From IMG/VR virus record IMGVR_UViG_3300032242_000488, positions 103,541-167,540 of that record: a stretch of DNA of 64,000 nt; one strand, written 5' to 3'. The position numbers and the translations under genes were made by a program. Below, piece by piece: positions 39,601 to 48,232 of this stretch. Source of the DNA: a virus. The notes under the pieces were generated by a model. It was not told where the DNA came from, searched no databases, and saw nothing but the letters and a program-made list of their open reading frames with translations. Every line of letters begins with the position of its first letter. The first letter of the stretch is position 1.

Positions 39601-40107
39601 CTGCCCGGTTGACGGTAACGCGGCATTTAAAACTTTAATAAACTGCTCATGCCAGTTGGTGTTTGCACTATCGTTCCATACAATAGTTTGATTGGCCAGG
39701 CTGCGGCCATTGCTGTCGATAATAGTTTCAGTGGTACGAACTGAACTAAATTTTAATAGACCGTTAGCGGCTTGATTTCTTTTTGGGTTGTAGCTGAGTA
39801 AACGTGCTAGGCGCAGTACACTTTCACGACGATCTGCAAGCTCTAAGAAATTTTCACGAGCATTTAAGTCGAAACGGAAAGCAAGGTTTTGTCCAAGAAA
39901 GGCAATTAAATCAATTAGGGCTAGGTATTCACTAGATTCAATATAGTCGTTGAAATCTTCTGGGTAATTTTCACGGAGATACGTGATCATTGTCCGACGT
40001 AGATTGTCGAAATCATAGCTCTTGAAGTCGGCGTTTTTAAAGCTCTGATATACCTTTTTCCAGTCTTCTGCCGCAATTAATTTGTTTTGTCTATCTATAC
40101 TTGACAT
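36673..40107 (-). CDS. Baseplate wedge subunit (gp6-like)
   Basis: YDFDNLR, ENFLELA.RRESVLRLA, FADGTFG and TQNRMITGEDY motifs. Confidence 0.85.
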   Translation of the reverse strand: MSSIDRQNKLIAAEDWKKVYQSFKNADFKSYDFDNLRRTMITYLRENYPEDFNDYIESSEYLALIDLIAFLGQNLAFRFDLNARENFLELADRRESVLRLARLLSYNPKRNQAANGLLKFSSVRTTETIIDSNGRSLANQTIVWNDSANTNWHEQFIKVLNAALPSTGQFGKPQDSGTIAGIRTQQYRFNATNTDNPIYGFTKNIDGRNMDFEIVSCAIKNALNIYEEPPMPGTNLAFLYRDDGGGSPSTNTGFFVHFRQGSLNQGTFSIQRPSTNETVDLDSSNINNSDIWLYSLDSAGLLSQEWTKVDAVEGNNIIYNSLSKNVRKIFSVITRTGDRVRLNFADGTFGDLPQGNFRVYYRVSNGFEYAISPSNIKNVTFDIPYISNRSGKQETLTVAVGLNYTVQNASASETSNSIKTNAPSTYYTQNRMITGEDYNVFPLSVNQEIIKVKSVNRVSSGISRYFDLKDTTGKYSNTNLFGTDGILYKEPIIGSFKFSYNTRTDIENAVLNQIEPILASRTVKDFYLDSYAFISLGVAFSSFTQVTSATNISTGYINDNVQTNVIKKLGASTFSNLRYIIPGSMIKFVPPPGKLFSADNKLIDAMDAPVSAKTSIWTKVIQVVGDGTAKNTGILATGLGPVTLNEIVPTGAVCDTAVPKFVTALEASVKNKIIDLIAANKNFALRYDSSDTVWKIITDSNIDKKSAFGLGKTGDSSNQQLDASWIVLFETDGEAYLATYRGLRYVFESAKEMRFFFDSTSKVYDPTNGKIIRDKISVMSINTQPDVLTAFNQNFDWEIIDEYLGSDGYIDTKKISISFFDSNEDGIVDDPELFKNIVAPSVNLTSKFIFQQRQISLDGSTDFYYVENLNNLIKVYLSQDAVPLTLDDGQLVYIIKENLVKKFNKSSTSFTITNEYRGFLGRDSLKYQYIHAADNSSRLDPAATNIIDIFILTKTYDVAYRRWLAGNVTVRPLPPSSDALYTNFSTDINKVKSISDEIVYHPAKYKPLFGKNAAASLQGTFKVVKNSNVVISDNDIKSGVITAINEFFALENWEFGDTFYFGELSAYIIRQLSPNLVNIVIVPKQQNLAFGSLFEITSNADELLISSATVDDIEIISEITAARINANGTVLTSIPLNNNDITSA

Positions 40108-40125
40108 ACTCAGCCCTCGATATTG

Positions 40126-40132
40126 TATTTAT
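40126..40132 (-). promoter_or_regulatory. T4-type late promoter
   Basis: ATAAATA on the minus strand upstream of the gp6-like gene. Confidence 0.6.
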
Positions 40133-40156
40133 CGTATAGATAAAGTGGGCAGTTTA

Positions 40157-40600
40157 TTAACCGAGTAGACTATTGTCTTTGTCAAACTGGAATCTTAGAT
40201 TTTCTGATATATTGTATATCAAATAAGTTAGCTCACACTCTATTTGAATGCCGCTTTCGTATTCGCTTACAATGACATTTTGCACTCTAACACGAGGATC
40301 ATAATTAATAATGGTAGTTACATTTTGCACTATAAGATTTTTAATTTCAGTAGTCAACGGCTCAAACAACATATCCCATATAATAGTTCCAAAGTTTGGA
40401 TTTTCAAGGCGTTCGCCGTATCGAATATGAAAGTGATTGACAATATCTTGTTTGATTAGAGCTAGATCGTAAAGAGCAAAACTGCCTGTTGGGTTTCCTA
40501 CTGTGCTGATTCCTCTGTAGGTTTTACTCAAAGGAGGGGCAGTAGTTTTCCTAACTTCCGGGACAACTGTTCTAGTATAAAGTGATTTTTCTATGCTCAT
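40157..40600 (-). CDS. Baseplate wedge subunit (gp25-like)
   Basis: GERLENPNFG..LFEP..YDPRV motif. Confidence 0.9.
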   Translation of the reverse strand: MSIEKSLYTRTVVPEVRKTTAPPLSKTYRGISTVGNPTGSFALYDLALIKQDIVNHFHIRYGERLENPNFGTIIWDMLFEPLTTEIKNLIVQNVTTIINYDPRVRVQNVIVSEYESGIQIECELTYLIYNISENLRFQFDKDNSLLG

Positions 40601-40612
40601 AATAGTATTTAT
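40598..40612 (-). promoter_or_regulatory. Late promoter abutting the start codon (probably leaderless mRNA)
   Basis: ATAAATA-CTATT-ATG with no SD. Confidence 0.6.
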
Positions 40613-42186
40613 TTGCTAATTTTTCTAAATGTATCTGTTGAAGTAGTATACTTTGTTGGGTCTTGTCCGTGTAGATTCTCGTGTCCATCCCACGGTTCGT
40701 GCATGGGTGTTCTTGCTACCACAATTGCCAATGCGTCTGGTTGTACTGCGTCTGTAATACTAGCGGCTGTGGCAGCTTCGGCTAATGGGCCGTTTAAATT
40801 AATCTTGGCGCCGCTGGTAAGGTTAATATTTGCTCCGCCGTTAATTGATGTAGTTTTCCCTGATGTAAATTTATTTCCGCCTGCAGATAACAATGCAATG
40901 TCTGCACCTGAAGTAATTTTTACATTTGATCCAGTTTGTAGATTAAATGCTCCGCCGATGCCTTCACTGCTAATTCCAGTAACACTGGTATTTCTATTGG
41001 CTCCTATACTTTCATGCTTTGTGCCTACTACAGATATTTTTTGATCTGTGCCAACTATTAAACTATGTGCAGATCCAACTTCAACATTGTGTTTTGCGCC
41101 TGATCGAATGTTAACATTTCTGCCTGCATCCATATTAATATCTTGATCGGCTTTGATGTTTATGTCTTTTTCTGTATGGATACTAACGCTGTCTTGTGCA
41201 TAGATATCTATTTTGCCCATGCTGGTTAATTCTATCCATGTAGTGCCTGCGGCATTGCCAATATAGATTAAATCTTCACTGTTGTGTAATAAGATTTGAT
41301 GCCCTGTACGAGTACGAATACGCACAAGTTCGTTATGTGGAATATCAGGTTGGCCTCCTGACTCTCCGTTTTCTACGCTAACGTAATCAGGTGGCCCTTC
41401 GCTTGCAGGAGTTTTACGTATAAAACTTTCGTCACCGTCGTCCATAACAAATGTTGTACCGCCAAGACGGCTAACAAATGCACTTTGAATTCTACTTTCT
41501 TTCTTACCTATTGATCCTGTTGGAGCATTGGGTTTCCTGTCAACTGGTCCAGGAGTGCTAATACCAAATACTGTGCTTGGTAACTCTCGTCTAGCACTGC
41601 TTGACGTTATTCCCCTAGTATCATCTTTGTTTAGACCCTGTGTTGTTAGTATTTTATGAAACGGATGTACTGGTTTTGGTAACTGTGTAATATCAGATTG
41701 TGCTAATGCTTTGTTGGCTTTTTTGTTATATTCTGCTACAACTTTTCTTTCGTCACTGCCTGCTTCAGTAGTAGTAGAAGTTGCTGCCATTCCGGGAACC
41801 ATGAAGTTTACATATTCGTCAGGAGCACAGCCTATCCAATAGCCTTTTGCCGCATTTCCGTAGGCAAACATGACCATTACGATAGTGCCTACATCAGGGG
41901 GCACCATCCACATGCCATAGGCTTTTTGTGTGTTATTGTAATCGTTAGGTGTATCATTTGTAAAAGCAATACTGGTCTGTCCAGCGAAAGGGCTTAGATA
42001 CCTAACAGTAACCACAGAGCCGCTAATTCCGGGCTCGTCCCTACCAACGTCATTAATCAATTCAACCTGTAACGACCCCATATATTTTGCATCCATGTGG
42101 CTGATCACACGAGCCATGTAAGGGCCCGGATAATCAAAGTACCGTTCTTCTGATCGCGAATCTTCTGGGAGTGTATCGTTTATCAT
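40609..42186 (-). CDS. Baseplate central spike (gp5-like, no lysozyme domain)
   Basis: OB-fold motif WMVPPDVG..V.V.F; RIRTRTGHQI; beta-helix repeats; His-rich tip PMHEPWDGH. Confidence 0.8.
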   Translation of the reverse strand: MINDTLPEDSRSEERYFDYPGPYMARVISHMDAKYMGSLQVELINDVGRDEPGISGSVVTVRYLSPFAGQTSIAFTNDTPNDYNNTQKAYGMWMVPPDVGTIVMVMFAYGNAAKGYWIGCAPDEYVNFMVPGMAATSTTTEAGSDERKVVAEYNKKANKALAQSDITQLPKPVHPFHKILTTQGLNKDDTRGITSSSARRELPSTVFGISTPGPVDRKPNAPTGSIGKKESRIQSAFVSRLGGTTFVMDDGDESFIRKTPASEGPPDYVSVENGESGGQPDIPHNELVRIRTRTGHQILLHNSEDLIYIGNAAGTTWIELTSMGKIDIYAQDSVSIHTEKDINIKADQDINMDAGRNVNIRSGAKHNVEVGSAHSLIVGTDQKISVVGTKHESIGANRNTSVTGISSEGIGGAFNLQTGSNVKITSGADIALLSAGGNKFTSGKTTSINGGANINLTSGAKINLNGPLAEAATAASITDAVQPDALAIVVARTPMHEPWDGHENLHGQDPTKYTTSTDTFRKISK

Positions 42187-42189
42187 ATA

Positions 42190-45147
42190 TTATGCCGTCT
42201 TTGTTGAATATCCGTCTACGCTAGTATCATTGATCTCTAAATCTTGGCCATCACCTGCTAGCACAGTGTCAACTACTGCGGCTCTTTGCTCTTGATTAGG
42301 ATTCGTCTGTGCGCCACGATCACGTTCTGCTTGGGCGGCGTTGGCTCGCATTGCCGCTCCTAGATCTGCATCTTCTTGATCTGCTGCCGTTAATGATTCA
42401 AGCCCAGGCGGATTTTGATTTGCCCTACGTGCTAGATTTAATACTTGTGTAAATTTGCCTTTTTCAAATTTACTCTTTACAGTAATTACCTTGTATAATC
42501 CGCTAAATGGTATTTCTAATTCAGTTTTAATATCTTTTGGAAAAGTTAAACTGCCGTTAGAGTTTAAATCAACAGGTGTAAAAAAGTTAATTAATATATC
42601 TACTTCACTTGATTGATAATCCATTGCTCCAGTAGCAGTAAGGTTTACTCTACTAGTTGAATTGGTATTGGTGAAATTTCCTATTCCGCTATCTGCTAGA
42701 TAATAGGGATCACCTATAATAGTCATATCTGCTTGAACTTTTTCAGTACCTAAATTTAATACTCGCGCCTGAAATTGTTTTGCTACAAGTGTCTTGTATG
42801 TATCAGCATCGCCGCCGCCATCACTGCTTTTCCATCTGTCAACTTTGGTCAATCCTAACGCTGTTCCAGTTGCTATGTCTCCGCCAGATTTAGCGTTGCC
42901 ATTAATTGACGGTACGTATGGCAAAAGACTGTCAGAAGGTGCGGCTCCTGATTGTCCCAATCGAGACATTAGTGCTTCGCCTGCGGCTGCTCCTAGACCT
43001 TGTGCCAATAACGGAACACCAAAGTTGTTGTTTAATGTTAATTTAAAATCTAATATGTCAACGTTTTTTCCAGTGTAAATGTAATTATATTCTTTAACTG
43101 CTTCGTCAACTAGCTGTTGATATCCTTTGGTTGTAAGATTAGGTGGCGCAAACAACGATTGATGAATTTTATATGGTACTACTCTAAATACCAATAGTTT
43201 AGGATTAACACCAACATTTTCATTTTGTTTAGTTGCAGTTGTTATATAGGCCTGCGTTTCAATTCTAAACCAATCATAAAATCCGTTTTTGGGAGTTTTA
43301 GTTACCGCACCTGTACAGTACTCGCTCATTAACATTACTTCTGTAATTGCATTAACAATACTTGTGCCTTTTCTAAATACAAATTCTTTTTTATTTGTAT
43401 CTACTTGATAAGCGTTGCGTGGAAATTTTTTATTTGGTAATGCGGCTACTGTTATATCTCCTGTAGAATTAGGATCATCGGGTTTTTTAGCATCAAGGCC
43501 ACCTTGAGCCAGCGAGAAATTCATGCTAGCTTTACCTAACACACTAACTTCATTTTCTGCTTGTACTAAGATTTTAGTTTTATCGCTTCGGGTCAATTTA
43601 ACTCGAGATAATACATTGCCACCGCCGGCGGTGCCTTCTTTTATATTAGTTGTTGCGCCTTGATCATTTATTTCTGGCGGTTTAACTTCAGATACTACAT
43701 CGGGAAAGACAATAGCAATTTCGTCTGGCAGGTAGGGTTTCTTTTCATCTGTGTTTGCGGTTTCTAATAGTCTACTGGTCAATAGACGTTCTAGACTACT
43801 TGGGCCACTTTGTAGCATTTCAACTACTGTGGCTCCAGATATTGCAAAATCAGCTTTTAAAAAGTTATAGTTATCGCTTAGTGCTAGTTCATTCCATGCT
43901 TGAGATTTTACTTGATACTTACATCCAGAAGAAGTAATAGTCATATTAATACTATACATTCTAATTGGAAAATATCTAACTGCTACAGTGGATGCCTGAT
44001 TAGTGCCGTCTGTCCCTACAAATTCTAAACTTAATAGATAAGGAGCTTGAGTATAATCTGTGTGACCATTTGCTACTGCGGCTATTTGACAACTTTGTAA
44101 AAACTGACCCATACTGTAAGGTTCAGTTACTTCAAAGTCTAAAGTAACCACATTTGTTCCTTTTGTCGATGACGAAGGAGTAATTTGACTGTACATGTCT
44201 ACATTGTCAATAAAATAGTCAAATTTACCTGCAGGATTGTCGCGTGTTTGATATGCTGTTGATACTCTAGATTCTGAGAAACGTCCGCCACTACTTAAAA
44301 TGATTCTACCAACTAATCCTTTTCTATAACTCTCGTCAGGAAAATTTACAGCATCAGCAGTTAAACTACTTAAGGTAAACAAGTAATTACTTGAAACAAA
44401 TTTTTCTAAAGGATTGGTTATTGGTAGTTTAATTGTTTCTTGAGTGTTAACATTATTTGATGTAAGATCAACTGTAGTTGGCAAATTTGCTACGCTAGTG
44501 GCAGAGATATCTGTTCCTCTATCAATTGCGGCGGCGGCATTTGCGTTGGCTAATCTTTGTGTTTCGGCTGCACTTTGATCTGCCGGAACATTGCCTCCTG
44601 AGGCCGCTGTTGTTGTCGGAACGCCAGTTGCTCCGCTTACTGCCTTCTGTGCGGCAATAAAAGGAGTCTTAGGAGATGTGCCAAAGGCATCAGGTGCGGC
44701 ATCTAATCCGTTTTTAGCCACAGCGCCGGCACCTGATAGGGATGAAGCGGCAAGCCAACCTGCACGTTGTTCTTGGGGAGTGTCGGCTGTAAGCCTGTAT
44801 GTACCTTCTGGAGTTTTTACAGTTTCTAATGTTCTAGCATTGACCGCTGTATATTTTTCATATGCTTTATCTTGTGCGGCAGAGTTATATAAAAATTCTT
44901 GTAGGCTTTTAGGTTGTCCTCCTGCACCAACCCAATTGTTAGGATCATTTAGCGCGGCATTGCCTAATTTACTTGCACCAGGTTTTAATAGTCCCACAGT
45001 TTCTAATGCCTGTGCGCCCATCTGGTATCCGCCAGCGTACCCGTATTGATTTACAACAGTATAATTACCTCTGCTTTCATCGTACAGGCGTTGAGCTCTA
45101 TACTTCTCGTAATTTTCGGGAGTTAGTCCTGCAATCGTTGCGGCCAT
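42190..45147 (-). CDS. Baseplate hub-like protein with an N-terminal lysozyme-like domain
   Basis: N-terminal ESRGNY..GGYQMG; C-terminal IIGDPY..FSGLYKVITV.SKF..GKFTQVL hub motif. Confidence 0.65.
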   Translation of the reverse strand: MAATIAGLTPENYEKYRAQRLYDESRGNYTVVNQYGYAGGYQMGAQALETVGLLKPGASKLGNAALNDPNNWVGAGGQPKSLQEFLYNSAAQDKAYEKYTAVNARTLETVKTPEGTYRLTADTPQEQRAGWLAASSLSGAGAVAKNGLDAAPDAFGTSPKTPFIAAQKAVSGATGVPTTTAASGGNVPADQSAAETQRLANANAAAAIDRGTDISATSVANLPTTVDLTSNNVNTQETIKLPITNPLEKFVSSNYLFTLSSLTADAVNFPDESYRKGLVGRIILSSGGRFSESRVSTAYQTRDNPAGKFDYFIDNVDMYSQITPSSSTKGTNVVTLDFEVTEPYSMGQFLQSCQIAAVANGHTDYTQAPYLLSLEFVGTDGTNQASTVAVRYFPIRMYSINMTITSSGCKYQVKSQAWNELALSDNYNFLKADFAISGATVVEMLQSGPSSLERLLTSRLLETANTDEKKPYLPDEIAIVFPDVVSEVKPPEINDQGATTNIKEGTAGGGNVLSRVKLTRSDKTKILVQAENEVSVLGKASMNFSLAQGGLDAKKPDDPNSTGDITVAALPNKKFPRNAYQVDTNKKEFVFRKGTSIVNAITEVMLMSEYCTGAVTKTPKNGFYDWFRIETQAYITTATKQNENVGVNPKLLVFRVVPYKIHQSLFAPPNLTTKGYQQLVDEAVKEYNYIYTGKNVDILDFKLTLNNNFGVPLLAQGLGAAAGEALMSRLGQSGAAPSDSLLPYVPSINGNAKSGGDIATGTALGLTKVDRWKSSDGGGDADTYKTLVAKQFQARVLNLGTEKVQADMTIIGDPYYLADSGIGNFTNTNSTSRVNLTATGAMDYQSSEVDILINFFTPVDLNSNGSLTFPKDIKTELEIPFSGLYKVITVKSKFEKGKFTQVLNLARRANQNPPGLESLTAADQEDADLGAAMRANAAQAERDRGAQTNPNQEQRAAVVDTVLAGDGQDLEINDTSVDGYSTKTA

Positions 45148-45148
45148 G

Positions 45149-45445
45149 TTATATTCCTAATACTTTAAACAAACTGGTCTTTTTAGGAATATAGATTAGT
45201 GTACCTACTTTAAAATCAAAAACTGGATCTCTTATAACATTCATGTTGCGTTGTGCAAACACCCACCACAATTTAGGAGTGCCATATAGATCAAATGACA
45301 ATAGATCTGGTCTATAATTATAATGAGGGTCAATAGTATAAGGAATATCGTCTGGTTCTGCACTGACGGGTCTTATATTAAAGTGTCCAAGATATCCGCG
45401 TGATACCGTTGTATCGTGCCAGGGGCTAGTAGTAGTATAGGCCAT
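45149..45445 (-). CDS. Baseplate wedge protein (gp53/LysM-like)
   Basis: RPDLLSFDLYGTPKLWWVF motif. Confidence 0.85.
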   Translation of the reverse strand: MAYTTTSPWHDTTVSRGYLGHFNIRPVSAEPDDIPYTIDPHYNYRPDLLSFDLYGTPKLWWVFAQRNMNVIRDPVFDFKVGTLIYIPKKTSLFKVLGI

Positions 45446-46254
45446 TAAATAAATCCTGTTGTTCCGTAACCAAGATACGTGCCATTAACAAATGCATCAA
45501 GAGAAAAATTGCGCTGTTGCTCTCTACTATATATTGGCATTAATTGTATCGTCATTGTACTTTTTACTGGGGCATAACTAGCATTTGTGCCGCCTACTTC
45601 ACAACTGATATAATCAACATCTTTAGGCAAATCCATAGTAAATGATTTAACTACTACTGGCACATTATTAAACACATACGATCCGTATCCGCTTAGTTGT
45701 ACGACCGGAGGAGGTTGGCCCGCATCTGTTGAATCACCGAATGACATTTTAGTAATCGATCGTAGGTAGTGAGTGGCAGCAATCCAGTATGCGGCGTCTA
45801 CACTATTTTCACAATAAAAATCAGCAGTGATAGTGATTTGTTCAACTCTGCTGTGTTCGTAGGCCATAAAAGCATAATTATTATGTGTAGTATCTAGAGA
45901 ATTATATGTTGCCGAATGGGTCACATTAATTTGCGGAGTAAAAGGAAAAACCAAACTGTATCCACTTCTCATCAATGGTAATAGTAATGGACTACTAGTG
46001 TATGCCGGATTGTTTGTTGGTAAAGTTAATTTTACTCGCCAATCTGTTTCATTGCTGGCAAAAGATACTTCTCCAGGAATATGTCCTAAAGGAGCTTCAC
46101 TGGCTCCAAACATCGGGCCTCTAAATGCGTTAACTAGTGCGGCGCCAACTGCAACTGCCCCGGCTGCTGTTGCTAGACCTTTATTGCCTGTTGCGGCGGC
46201 AATGCCTGCAATGCCGGTTGCCGCTGTTGCAAAACTGTTTAAATTATCGGCCAT
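45445..46254 (-). CDS. Baseplate tail-tube initiator/cap (gp48/gp54-like)
   Basis: FPFTPQI and PPPVVQLSGYG..FNNVPVVV motifs; position in the block. Confidence 0.65.
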   Translation of the reverse strand: MADNLNSFATAATGIAGIAAATGNKGLATAAGAVAVGAALVNAFRGPMFGASEAPLGHIPGEVSFASNETDWRVKLTLPTNNPAYTSSPLLLPLMRSGYSLVFPFTPQINVTHSATYNSLDTTHNNYAFMAYEHSRVEQITITADFYCENSVDAAYWIAATHYLRSITKMSFGDSTDAGQPPPVVQLSGYGSYVFNNVPVVVKSFTMDLPKDVDYISCEVGGTNASYAPVKSTMTIQLMPIYSREQQRNFSLDAFVNGTYLGYGTTGFI

Positions 46255-46276
46255 ATTTGGTAATCTCCATCAGTAG

Positions 46277-46311
46277 TATTTATTGACTTTATTAACTGCT
46301 GATATTATAAT
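46277..46311. promoter_or_regulatory. Divergent promoters: late (minus, baseplate operon) and sigma70 (plus, gp55)
   Basis: ATAAATA on minus at 46277-46283; TTGACT(46283-46288)-17 nt-TATAAT(46306-46311) on plus. Confidence 0.75.
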
Positions 46312-46334
46312 GTACATGAGGAGTCATAAGAATA

Positions 46335-47198
46335 ATGAAAAAAGTAAACTACCTAAATAACAAGGATTTGTTATTAGAAATACATAGAAGTAAAAACAGT
46401 TACTCCAGTTACACTAAACTCGAATATCATCAATATGATGTTATTCTACCTAGTATAGAAAAGATTAACATTCGAACAATAGCAGAAGCCAAACGTGTTC
46501 GAGCAAAAAGACTAGGGCAACAGGCATTTGAAGCCGCTAGAGCAATTAATCCTAAATGCAAAGCCGCTGAGTTCGAAGTTGACTATAAAACTATTGAAAA
46601 ACCAGATGTAGTTTTTCGTATTATGACTTATGATCATATTCCGTTAGAACCAGGACGTAAGCGTACACCAAAAACTCTAGCTGATCATAGAGAAAAAGTT
46701 AACTTTCCTGCTTTCCAGCATTGGAAATTTGACGAAAACGATGAGCTGATCTGTGTGGGCAAGAGTCACTGGAAAGGCCCAATGAAGACTGGTAAGTTTT
46801 CAAAAGATCACGGTCAAATTACAAATACCCTAGCACGTATGTTTATCAAGTTATGTGAAAGATATGCTACTCGTGGCAACGTTCGTGGTTATACCTATAA
46901 TGACGAAATGAAGGGACAGGCTATTCTACAGCTAACACAGATTGGACTACAGTTTGATGAGTCAAAATCTGATAACCCGTTTGCCTATTTTACTGCGGCA
47001 GTGACTAATAGTTTTGTTCGAGTAATCAATATTGAAAAGAAAATGCAAAATATTCGAGACGATATTTTAGAAATGAACGGAATGAATCCAAGTTATACTA
47101 GAATGATCAATGCAGAGTACGCTAGTGCGGCCAAACGTGATGCAGATGCTAATACTGTTATCCCGGTTGGCGACGTTGAAGTTGACCCTGCAGAGTAA
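46335..47198 (+). CDS. Late transcription sigma factor (gp55-like)
   Basis: NYLNNKDLL N-terminus; RGYTYNDEM and FD..KSDNPFAYFT motifs; adjacent to gp47/gp46. Confidence 0.85.
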   Translation: MKKVNYLNNKDLLLEIHRSKNSYSSYTKLEYHQYDVILPSIEKINIRTIAEAKRVRAKRLGQQAFEAARAINPKCKAAEFEVDYKTIEKPDVVFRIMTYDHIPLEPGRKRTPKTLADHREKVNFPAFQHWKFDENDELICVGKSHWKGPMKTGKFSKDHGQITNTLARMFIKLCERYATRGNVRGYTYNDEMKGQAILQLTQIGLQFDESKSDNPFAYFTAAVTNSFVRVINIEKKMQNIRDDILEMNGMNPSYTRMINAEYASAAKRDADANTVIPVGDVEVDPAE

Positions 47199-47211
47199 TT
47201 TCTGTTATAAT
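47182..47211 (+). promoter_or_regulatory. sigma70-type (extended -10) promoter
   Basis: TTGACC-18 nt-TATAAT with a TGn extension. Confidence 0.6.
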
Positions 47212-47227
47212 AGAAAAAAGGATTAGA

Positions 47228-48232
47228 ATGTTTAAAAAAGTTGCTTGTTTTACTGACATACACTTTGGATTAAAATCAAATAGCGCCACTCACAATCAAG
47301 ACTGCGAAGATTTTGTAGACTGGTTTATTGCGGAAGCCAAAGCGGCTGGCTGTGAAACTGGTATATTTCTAGGTGACTGGCATCATAATCGTAATAGTTT
47401 GAACATCACTACTATGGATTATACTCTGCGTAGTCTAGAAAAGCTGGGCAAAGCATTTGATAACTTCTATTTCTTTCCAGGCAATCACGACTTGTACTAT
47501 AAAGACAAGCGTGATATTCATTCTGTTGAGTTTGGCAAGTATGTTCCGGGTATTACTGTAGTCAACGAGATTACAACAATAGGCGATACTACTCTAGTGC
47601 CGTGGCTAGTAGGTGACGAATGGAAAAAGATGGAGAAACTAAAGAGTCGTTATGTCTTTGGTCACTTTGAACTTCCTTTATTTTATATGAATGCCATGAT
47701 ACAGATGCCTGATCACGGTGAACTACAGGGAACACATTTTAAAAATCCTGAATATGTATTCTCGGGGCACTTTCACAAACGACAAGCTAAAGAAAATATT
47801 GTCTATATTGGCAATGCATTTCCGCACAACTATGCAGATGCATGGGATGACGATCGCGGTATGATGATTCTTGAACACGGTAATAAGCCAGAATATCGTA
47901 TATGGCCCGATGCTCCCAAGTTTAAAACAGTTAAACTAAGTCAACTTATTGATGATGCTGAAACACTAATCAAATCTAAGAGTTATTTCCGTGTAGGTAT
48001 CGATATTCCTATCAGTTACGAGGAAGCAAGTTTTATTAAAGAAACATTCCTGGCTCAATATGACATTAGAGAGCTTACACTTATTCCAGAAAAGAAAGAT
48101 GTTGAGATCAATAACGATTTAGATGTTGAGCATTTTGAATCAGTTGATCAAATTGTCAGCAGTCAGCTGGCTACTATTCAGAGCGACAGCTTTGATCCCA
48201 AAGTATTGCTAGCGATCTATAATAACCTATGA
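47228..48232 (+). CDS. Recombination endonuclease subunit (gp47/Mre11-like)
   Basis: DIHFG, LGDWHH, GNHD, GHFE and SGHFH motifs. Confidence 0.92.
   Translation: MFKKVACFTDIHFGLKSNSATHNQDCEDFVDWFIAEAKAAGCETGIFLGDWHHNRNSLNITTMDYTLRSLEKLGKAFDNFYFFPGNHDLYYKDKRDIHSVEFGKYVPGITVVNEITTIGDTTLVPWLVGDEWKKMEKLKSRYVFGHFELPLFYMNAMIQMPDHGELQGTHFKNPEYVFSGHFHKRQAKENIVYIGNAFPHNYADAWDDDRGMMILEHGNKPEYRIWPDAPKFKTVKLSQLIDDAETLIKSKSYFRVGIDIPISYEEASFIKETFLAQYDIRELTLIPEKKDVEINNDLDVEHFESVDQIVSSQLATIQSDSFDPKVLLAIYNNL

Noticed and set aside
14017-45194. Numerous plus-strand ORFs inside the minus-strand structural block
   Set aside because: Fully nested antisense shadows with no SD or recognisable motifs
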